Source of the DNA: Cycas panzhihuaensis
Lineage: Eukaryota; Plantae; Cycadophyta
DNA: 64,000 nt
NCBI GenBank assembly: GCA_023213395.1
Contig: CM041465.1
Location: 147,319,741 to 147,383,740 of the forward strand
Direction of reading: 5' to 3'
In this document: positions 54,887-64,000 of the stretch, one piece after another
How the letters are laid out: the number at the start of each line of letters is the position of its first letter
Numbering within the stretch: position 1 is the stretch's first letter
Notes under the pieces: generated by a model
The model's input: only the letters and a program-made list of their open reading frames with translations
What the model was told of the DNA's origin: nothing
Databases searched by the model: none
Translations under genes and position numbers: made by a program

Positions 54887-56383
54887 ATGCACAATAACCT
54901 GACAAAGAATCAGAAAAAGAAATTGAAGAGGAAAATAAAAAAGGATAAATGTAACCAGGTCAGTTTTTGTAAGAGTGAATCTCTTATAGATTCATTTGAT
55001 GATAAGGAAGGTGAAAAGGAATGTGAACTTATTTTTGAAAATAGGTTCTCTGTTGATGAAAGAACAAATGAATATAATTGTTGTGACAAAGCAATCTCTG
55101 CAAACGAACTTATTGATCGTTGCTTAGGATCTGAAGAAGAAGATGAAAATAAAGAACTAAAGGTTGAGAAGAGAATTATCCCATCAAACATCTTGAGTTT
55201 CAACACGTTAATAGGAAGGAGCGAAAGGATGGACATTGAAAATTTAGAAATTAGTCTATTACAGGTGGTTCAATATGGAAACGCAATTGACTTAGTGGAA
55301 AGTGTGGATTATATCACTTTAATCTATATTGATAAATTTGTTCCCAGGTTCCAAACATTGTCAGGTTACACTATTGTATGCATATACACAAGACTTTGTA
55401 TGACCACATTTAACATGGCAGTTTTTTCTACGCTTATCCTCGAAAGAATTCAAATTGTGTTAACATATCCTGCATTGGTTCTAGAAGGTTCATTCAAAAG
55501 AAGGAAGAACATAGTTGGAGTATCATTTGATCAGAGTCTTGTCTACCAAGATTGTTGTATGTCATGGGCAAGATACTTTGTCAAGAGAGGCAATCATGTT
55601 AAGATATTATACTATTCTTATGTTAGGAGGTACATACATGTGATCGTAACAGAAACCCTCACTGTATTTGATATAACAAAAGATCTCTTTGGTGATGAAG
55701 ATAAAACAAAATATTTTATTGATTCAGAACAAGTATTTGCACAGGTGGAAGAGGCTCTTGAAAGGGAATACAATTCAGGTAAACAAGATGTAGCGGATGA
55801 GCATGTTGAACCGGATACAGGTAACTATGATGAATTCATTGATTCAAGGGAGGATGATCTCATCAAAGATAATGAAGTAAAGTCTATTTGTTCATTTGAC
55901 GATCGTGTTGAGCTCATCTCTGATTCAGATATTAGTTGCACTCTAAATTGCTCACAAATCAATGAAGGTCTTGTTGAAAAGAAACACATGCAGGATGAAG
56001 ATATTCATGCTTATGTCTTACAAAACATTGATGACGATAATAATGATGGCCTATACAATGTTCACACTTCAAGTGATATTGATGACTTATCGTCATATTT
56101 GGATACTGATGATACTATCAACTTATCTCCAATTGTTGATGCTGAAGAAAGTGGAAGAAAACAGACGGTAACCAGAATTCTGATGGATGACATATTTGAT
56201 GTACAACTTGAAGACACCTTTGATAAGTACATGCAGAAACACCTAACAGGTCCTCACAAAGCACAAGTCAACTCAAGCTTGATCTACTACACATTTTGTG
56301 TAATAAAAGGTTCCCAATTGCACATGAAGACAAAGAAGACAAAGTTCAAGAATTGTCACTCTAAAGGACTACTCCAAAGGTGA
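54887..56383 (+). CDS. 498-aa hypothetical retroelement-borne protein (basic N-terminal patch, acidic regions, hydrophobic middle)
   Basis: The only long uninterrupted ORF in 64 kb. No PR/IN/RT/RH motifs. In frame with the upstream gag remnant through one TAG. Confidence 0.6.
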   Translation: MHNNLTKNQKKKLKRKIKKDKCNQVSFCKSESLIDSFDDKEGEKECELIFENRFSVDERTNEYNCCDKAISANELIDRCLGSEEEDENKELKVEKRIIPSNILSFNTLIGRSERMDIENLEISLLQVVQYGNAIDLVESVDYITLIYIDKFVPRFQTLSGYTIVCIYTRLCMTTFNMAVFSTLILERIQIVLTYPALVLEGSFKRRKNIVGVSFDQSLVYQDCCMSWARYFVKRGNHVKILYYSYVRRYIHVIVTETLTVFDITKDLFGDEDKTKYFIDSEQVFAQVEEALEREYNSGKQDVADEHVEPDTGNYDEFIDSREDDLIKDNEVKSICSFDDRVELISDSDISCTLNCSQINEGLVEKKHMQDEDIHAYVLQNIDDDNNDGLYNVHTSSDIDDLSSYLDTDDTINLSPIVDAEESGRKQTVTRILMDDIFDVQLEDTFDKYMQKHLTGPHKAQVNSSLIYYTFCVIKGSQLHMKTKKTKFKNCHSKGLLQR

Positions 56384-56601
56384 CATTGCAGGATTGAAGG
56401 CCAAGATCAAGTCCAAGACATTGTATTCAAAACCTTTCCAAAATCAAGACGATGTAAATTCAAAGAAAGCAAAATACATGTTGATCAAATTAGAGTCCAT
56501 TGGAGGTCACGTTGAATGTCCTAAATCCATTGTCAAGTGTCATGTTAGTCTTTAGTATTCAGTCACTTTTTGTAATATTGACATTAAACATTAAGGGGAG
56601 G

Positions 56602-56987
56602 TGTTAGAATATAATGTTTAATGTTGTGTATGGTTAAGTAAAGTGTGTCCTAGGATTAATAGTCATAGTCCTAAGTCTTAGAGTCGAAGAGTCATTATAA
56701 TATTGTGTGAGAAGATAGAAGCCTATTGGTCAAGTTAGTTGGTGTAATGTCATTGATCAGGACAAAGGTATTTGTCCCACATGCATTACTTGTCTTGTAT
56801 ATCCTCCCACCTCTTTTGTATATAAAGGTGGTTGAGGTAGTATATGTCATCAAGTCATCATGGAGACTCATGTTGAATCTGTGATGTATTAGTGTTATGC
56901 TTATGTCAATTGAATACAGGTTATGCTTTGGTTATCGATCTTGTGGTTGTATTTGGAGTTGGAGGCTTTCCATGTTAAAATCTAACA
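56602..56987 (+). repeat. 3' LTR
   Basis: TGTTAGA...TCTAACA inverted termini, preceded by a PPT; internal TATA-like tatataaag at ~56819. Confidence 0.88.
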
Positions 56988-56999
56988 TAGTGATGGGCA

Positions 57000-58896
57000 T
57001 TCATAAGGGTGAGTTTTAGAGTGTAGTTTTAGTGATTATACAATAGATTTTATCACAACATACCAATTGAGTTGTATATGCATGCCCAATAATGCTTTTA
57101 ATATATATGGGTTTCTAGTTGCCATCAATGTGGTCATATAGTTTGCATACATAGTAGGCCCTATGGCCATTATGTATACAACCATATACACATTAAAATC
57201 CTTATTTATGATCAATTTTTAGGGATGAAAAAATTAAATAATTAACGTTCCTATGTTATCAAGGACACCATCCCAGTCCCACATGGCCTTGTACAACCCT
57301 ATACAATCTTGTGTACAATTGTATAGTTGTACCACGATCATCAAATCTAATACCTTAGTCGAATGGGCCCACTCAAATAAAAATAGTCTTTTGTTATAAA
57401 AAACAAAAGATTATACAACCTCCTACAATTTTAAATTTTGATGGAAGAGTGGTGAGAAATATTAAAGATAATAAATGTTATGGCATCATTACACTATAAC
57501 TTTGGCCTCCTCATGTAACACTTGGAAAGCTCCATGAGTTGATGATGAGAGATGGTCACATTTGGTAAAGACCTCTTTTGGATTATGTTGCTTCACACTT
57601 TCTCTCCCAACACTCCTTGCTCCAATTGTTTCCTTTTATTTATGTAATGGCATGATGATTTATCTTTAAATTTTGGAGGTGGCTTCTCTTAGACAAGTGG
57701 AGAAGTTTTCTTCTATAGGAAGCTTGCTTCTTAATTTTCTAATGTGAAGCTACCTCTTAAACGTTTTTAATGGCCACCTCTTGTACAACAATTCTCATAA
57801 TTAGTATTTGACTTTTTGTGGAAGCTTTTTGAGGTTAAATTGAAGCTGAAATTCACTCTTGTAACATTTCTTCCCTCTAAAAAATCATAGTCCTTAATGA
57901 GGCTTGCTTCTCTACCAAAGGTGTTGGACTCCCATGATACTTCTTTTATGGGTTTATTTGACCATTTAACTATATTCTGGTTGTGTCTAAAATTTCAACT
58001 AGATGATTTGTTACTTGTTCAACCCATTGTACATCCACTTAAGTGGGTAACTTCTTGTGAAATCTTGATCAAATTTGTTTTAGGAAGCTAATATGGAATA
58101 GAGTTCATTTGATATGTAGAGGTAATTGTAACTTATATGTCATATCATTTATCTTCTCTAGCACCTTAAGTTGACCATAATAGCTCGGGGGTAATTTAAT
58201 GTATTTTCTTGTTGGTAAGATAGAGTTTGTTTTTACCCCTAAGTACACCTTATCCTCAATATTAAACATTCTTGGTGTTATGTTTTGGTTCACATGTAGC
58301 TTGGCCCAGGCTTATACCCTTTGAACATTTTTCTTGTATCTTTCAAATTCTTATTGCATTTCTTGAAGCATGTCCATTGAAGCTTGAGATTTTCCTATAT
58401 AAGTTTACAAGTTCAATTCAAAAGGAAGTATGGATTCATACCCATGCATCGCCTTAAAAGGTCTTATCCATGTTGATGAATGTCTACTATAATTTGTGAG
58501 AAAACTTCATGTGTAGTAGACTTTCTTCCCATAATTTTTGTTTCGTTACCACATGTTCTCTAAGCTTGTCCTCCATTATTTGATTTATTTATTCAATTTA
58601 CCCATTAGTTTATGGGTGATCTCTAGTACTGAACTATAAATTTATGTTAAATGTCTTAAATAATTCTTGTTAAAGGTTGCTTTTGAACTTTGTATCTCTA
58701 TCACTTACAATTGGCCTTGGGATCCCAAACTTTGAAAATATCTTTGATATCAATATTTTCGCTATATGGTTTACTTTCTTTGTCATTTTACTTAGTATAA
58801 ACCTAAGCATTTTCATAAGTCTATCAATGACTATCAACCTTTGATCATTTTGTTGTCATGTTTTTGGTAAAATTGTAACAATATCCATAGAGATAC
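57000..58896 (-). mobile_element. Older chromovirus-type gypsy 3' part (integrase, chromodomain, LTR), interrupted at 58897
   Basis: SISMDIVT.LPK at the junction; KLPPSYYGQLKVLEKINDMTYKLQLP; VKWSNKPIKEVSWES; PPT and LTR start near 57866. The far LTR end is approximate. Confidence 0.8.
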
Positions 58897-61800
58897 TGTT
58901 ACGAACCCAGTTCGCAACCTTAGGAAGATTATCAAATCTAGTAGAGAACACACGAGCACACAGAAGGATTCAATAGTCAAACACTTATATATTAAATGAT
59001 GATTGATGTTTACAATATGTTGAGGGCTATATTTATAGGCCCTTTCTCATTAAAATTTATATCTTTTCAATATGCCCATTCGATGATTAATTACTGTTTA
59101 AGGAGGTTCATAACAATTTCTTCCCCTTAAGATGTTTCGCCCACGAAACTCTCTTTTCTCAAATCAGAATGATGTTTGATAAAATTAGAGGACTCCCAGG
59201 AAGTGTCTTCATGAGGCAATTGCTTCCATTTGATCAAGTATTCTCGAATGGTCTTCGACCACAATCATCGTTCTCGAACATCAAGGATAACTTGTAGCAA
59301 TAGGATTAATTTGCCTTTTTCATCTAAGAGAGGTAATTCTGTCTGCACCTGTACATGATTTCCAATTTTCTTTTTGAGACACGACACATGAAATACATTG
59401 TGTAATTTAGAAACAGGAAGTTCTAAGGCATAAGCCACTTCTCCAATTTTCTATTTAACTCGAAAAGGGCCATAAAATCGAGGACTCAATTTCTCCTTTT
59501 GAGAAATTTTTAATGATGCTTGTTTGTATGGTTGCAGTCTCACATAGACCTAGTCTCCAAGTTTGAATATTCTTTCAATACATTGTTTATCTTCTTGTTG
59601 TTTCATTCGATTTGTAGCTTCTTCTAGATGTTGCTTTAATATGTGAATTACATTCTGTGATTCTTGGAGGTAGTTATTAACTGTTGGAACCTTATTATCC
59701 TTGCTTAACTAGTCCTTTAATTGAGTGGGTTGATAGGTGTATAATGCTTGATATGGGGTCATTTTGATGGATGAATGGTAAGAAGAATTATACCAGGCTT
59801 CAGCTAAATGTAGCCATTTTACCCACGAATTGTATTTATCTACTGCATAATTCCGCAAATAATTTTCTAAACATTTATTAACCGCTTCAGTTTAACCGTC
59901 TATTTGTGGGTGATAACTGGTACTCGTTTTTAATTTTGTACCCACCTGCAAAAACATTTCTTACCAAAAATGGCTTAAGAATTCAGGATTTCTGTCGCTA
60001 ATAATGGTCTGCGGAAATCCATGTAATTTATGAATTTTTTTGACAAACACTTCGGCTAATTGTTGAGCTTTATAATTAGATTGAATGGGTATAAAATGAG
60101 TAAATTTTGTTAAGCGATCTACAATCACATAAATAGCATCTTTCCCTTCTGATTTTGGTAAACCGATGATAAAATCCATGCTAATACTTTCCTATTTTTG
60201 ATGTGGAATAGGGAGAGGTTGTAGCAATCCTAGTGTAGCAATACATTCATATTTATTCGTTTGGCAAACCGTGCATTCAGTTACGAATTTCTTAATTTCC
60301 TTTTATATTCCCTTCCAGAAAAAGGACTATTTGGCTCGAAGATATGTCTTATAAAACCCTTCATGTCCTATTGTAAGTATTATATGTGCTTCATTTATTA
60401 TCTTGGCATGGAAAGTTGAATTTGCGCCTAAGAATATTAGTCCTTTATACCATAGGATATCGTTTCTCCATTCAAATTTAATTTTTTTTCCTTGTTGAAT
60501 TCTTTGAATAAGTTATTGAATGTTAGGATCTTTTACATATTCTTATTGTAATTCCATGATCCATACTAGTTCTATTATTGAAATGGCTTTTAGCTAAGAT
60601 TGTACACTTTCTTTATCTTTCTGAGATAATGCATCAACCACCACATTATTTTTACCCTTGTTGTATGTTATGTCAAAATCAAATACTTGGATTTTGCTTA
60701 TCCATTTCTGTTGTTCAAGGGATAACTATTTTTGTTTCAATAAGTATTGTAAACTGTTATGATCTGTTTTGACTATAAATTTGCTACCTAATAGATATTG
60801 ATGCCATTTAACCAAAGCATGTATAATAGCCAACATTTCCTTATTATAGGTAGATTTAAGAATTTCTCTGTTGTTTAGTTTTCTACTCTCAAATGTGATG
60901 GGTTTTCCTTCTTGCATTAGTATTGCATCTATTCCTGTTCCAGATGTATCGTATTCTATTATAAAAATTTTAGAAAAATCAGGTGATGTTAGCATCGGTA
61001 ACTGGGTCATTATTTGCTTAACTTGTTTGAAACACATTGTCGCTTCTTCATTCCATTGAAAAGAATCCTTCTTTAATAAATGAGTTAAGATAGTTGTTTT
61101 CTGTATGTAATTTTTAACAAAATGTCGATAATATCCTGTTAGTCCCAAAATTCCTCAGAGTTTACTAATATTTGTGGGCGTCGACCATTCTTGAATTACC
61201 TTGACTTTTCTTGCATCAGCTCTAATTCCTTCTCTTGAAATGAGATGACTCAAATATTCTATTTCTTTCAAACCAAAATAACATTTTGATTTATTAGCAT
61301 AAAACTTTTGTTCCTTTAATACGCTTAGTACTTGATCAAGATATTCCAGGTTCTCTTCATACTTTTTGCTGAAGATTAATATGTCATTGAAGAATACTAA
61401 GACAAATTTTCATAAGAAAGGTTTCAGAACCTTATTCATAATAGCTTGAAATGTGGTCGGTGCATTGGTCAGGCCAAAAGGAATTACCTTGAATTCATAA
61501 TGACCATAGTATGTGCTGAAGGTTGTTTTGTATGTATCCTCTGGTTTAATTCGAATTTGATAGTAACCCGATTTCAAGCCTATTTTTGAAAAATATTTGG
61601 CTCCTTGCAATTCATTTAGTAACTCGTCGATCCTTGGTATAGGAAATTTATTTTTAATTGTAACATTATTTAGTGCTCGATAGTCTATGCACATACGATA
61701 AGATCCATCTTTTTTCGTTACTAGGATTATAGGAGCTGCAAAACGACTTTTACTAGGGGTTATTGCTCCTAGATCTAACAACTCTTGTACAATTTTCTTA

Positions 61801-64000
61801 ATTTCATTCCGATAATGATGTGGTTGTTTATATGGTCGGATAACAATCGGATTAGTACCCGCTTCAAGTTCAATTTGATGTTCCAGCCCTCTGTCCGAAG
61901 GTAAGTCTGTTGGAATATTTAGAAAAACTTCTTTATGTTTTTGAATAACTTTTTTAAGTTCACTTTCTTTTGTTGTTGGCGTTATTTATGCTTGAATAGA
62001 TAAGAGTTGAGTCATAATGCCACGGTCCCCTTTCTTTATTAATTTTTCCATTCGTTTACAAGATATTAGTTGGTTATTTCCTGGTTTCTTTCCTTGAAGG
62101 ACAATGGTTCTTCCTTCCTACTTATATCTCATAAATAATTCCTCAAGGTTCATTTCAAAAATTCCCAAAGTTCTTAACCAGTGACTTCCCAAGACAATAT
62201 CTACTCTACCAACATCAATTACATAAAAATTTTCTTTAATAATGACATTGCCTATTGAGATCTTAAGGTTTTCCATCAGTTCTTGTCTAGATATGACTTG
62301 GTGACCCCTAACACTTGTGCTATTCTAGATGGAAGTAGTTTTAAGTGTTAGGCTGAAATTCTATCAATGAAATTATAGGTACTTCCAGAATTGACCAAGA
62401 TTGTAATAGCCTGATTTTTAATAAATCCTCGTAGTTTAAGTGTATCCGATCTTGTAAGACCACTCATGGTTGAGAATGACATTTTTAAGACATCCTCCTC
62501 TTAGTTATATTGGTTGTCCTGTGTTTCTAGAGTATTCCCTTGGCTGCTTTCTGTATCATTTTCTTCTTCAATTTTCTCATTTTTCGCTACTAGGGATAAT
62601 TCAATTGTATACAATTGATTCTTCTGACATTTATGATTAGATGTCCATTTTTTAGCACACCTGAAATAGAGATTATTTTTTCGTAAGTCTTCTTAATTGG
62701 GTCTTGTCCGTTGAAGTACTGGTTTAGATAATCGAGTAACTCTACTACCAGGTTGTATTGTTGATGGAGGATTAGATTGAGCATAAGGAGAAATATAGGA
62801 TCTTGTTCTTATTTTTCGTAATTCATTAACCTTATCTTCATGTATTTGGCAAGTTGTATAGCCTTATTAAGATCCTTAGGTTCTTGTATTTTGACGTTTG
62901 CTTAGATATCTATAGTTAAGCCATCTATATATAATTGGATAAGTCGATTCGTCGGAATGTCTTTTAAAGCATAGCTTAATTTTATGAATGTTATGCTATA
63001 TTCTTCTACAGAGCTAGTTTGTTTTAATCTTCGTAACTCACAATAATAATCACAGTTAGTTACTCTTTCAAACCATTTGATAAATAAACACACAAACTCC
63101 TTCTAGGGTGGAAGTTGATTTTGAAAAGAGGTTCGTTCAAGACACTGCCATCATTCGCACACTATGCCATCCATGTCAGTGTGGCTAGAGAAACTTGTTA
63201 TGTGGGTTCAATCTCCACCAAACGAAAGTAGTTTTCCATTTGTTGGATTTTTGATGGTTTCACTTTCAGTGTTAATTAGAGTCGTCCGTGGGGTTCAATA
63301 TTTTTTTACAGTCTGATTTCGTATGTGAAACTGCTGACTCATTGCTTCATCCTCAAAATCTAGCACAATCATTTCTTCTTTCCTGCTCGTTGCAATAATT
63401 GTCAATTTATCCAAGATTTGATGTAAGGTATGATTTAAGAGAGCGTTTGATGTCTGGACTGCTTCGTGGATTGTTTGAGTGATCAGTTCGACTATATCCT
63501 TTTGGATGGTATTGTCTGCCATCTCTTCAGTATTCATCACTTTAATAACAATATAGGTATGATTCCACAGCTTCCCTTTCGTAACTATACGTTAATTTGT
63601 CATGTTTATATTAATAATACAAGGAATTTTATCACATCACTTATCGAGAAAATATCGATTGAATACATATATGTGAAGCACAAATATAAGAATCTCGAAA
63701 ATAAGCCTTAGTGCTCGCCAGTGTTATAGTTCCTCCACCACCTAATACTTAACTGACGATGTATTTCGTTTTTAAAGATTGTATAAAATGGGATAATAAT
63801 TCGACTATTGAAGGGTATGTGTGATAAGTTGAAGCCGATTATAAGATATTAGTATAGATGATTAAACATCAAATTTAATCTTTTAAAGGGGTAATGAATT
63901 AATTACATATAATATATAAATGACTTAATAGTGTATATTAGTGTGTGTGTATATATATATATATAATAAATAAATGATTTATATGTATGATAAGGTGCAT
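58897..64000 (-). mobile_element. Ty3/gypsy chromovirus (Reina-like in size), near complete
   Basis: 3' LTR 58897-59115 (tgttacgaacc...ggttcataaca). PPT at ~59117-59129. Domain order gag-PR-RT-RH-IN-chromo. LTR/PBS-like junction at 63706-63727. Confidence 0.93.
59130..63540 (-). pseudogene. Gypsy gag-pol pseudogene with C-terminal chromodomain
   Basis: QMENYF and LKQTSSVEEY (gag); LVNSGSTYNFID (PR); [16 protein letters not shown] and [12 protein letters not shown] (RT); GLTGYYR and KTDHNSL (RH); MDFIIGLPKS..VDRLTKFTHF (IN); EYLIKWKQLPHEDTSWES (chromodomain). Confidence 0.96.

Larger units (their letters stand above)
53780..56987 (+). mobile_element. 5'-truncated non-autonomous copia-type LTR element
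   Basis: Gag N-terminus at 54526, then a long orphan ORF, PPT ttaaggggagg at 56591-56601 and LTR tgttaga...tctaaca at 56602-56987. No matching 5' LTR in the window, so the left boundary is approximate. Confidence 0.8.

Noticed and set aside
54887-56383. Calling the 498-aa ORF an env-like gene or a host gene
   Set aside because: It follows a gag stub rather than pol, has no signal peptide or clear transmembrane segment, and sits intronless inside LTR-element signals.

Overview
This is an AT-rich eukaryotic window, almost certainly from a heavily methylated land plant with a large genome (gymnosperm-like is an inference). It is a stack of nested, mostly dead transposons, and no intact host protein-coding gene, tRNA, rRNA or CRISPR array is recognisable. 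Identified elements: one complete Ty1/copia with both LTRs and a TATAT TSD (4355-12049, +); two more degenerate minus-strand copias; three non-autonomous copia-type LTR elements; several Ty3/gypsy remnants, including a near-complete chromovirus (58897 to the window end); and a full-length L1-type LINE with RNase H and a 12-bp TSD (45366-51436, -). The most unusual observations are four. (1) An LTR element missing 6 bp at one end is flanked by a 271-bp direct duplication instead of a 5-bp TSD. (2) One 5' LTR has lost every G over 172 nt next to a CpG-rich island, while its twin LTR has not. (3) A copia-type element has a Gag N-terminus that can be rejoined to a 498-aa orphan ORF occupying the place of pol; this is the only long ORF in the window. 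(4) The chromovirus has two LTR ends that do not match. All calls are from manual reading; no database search was run.
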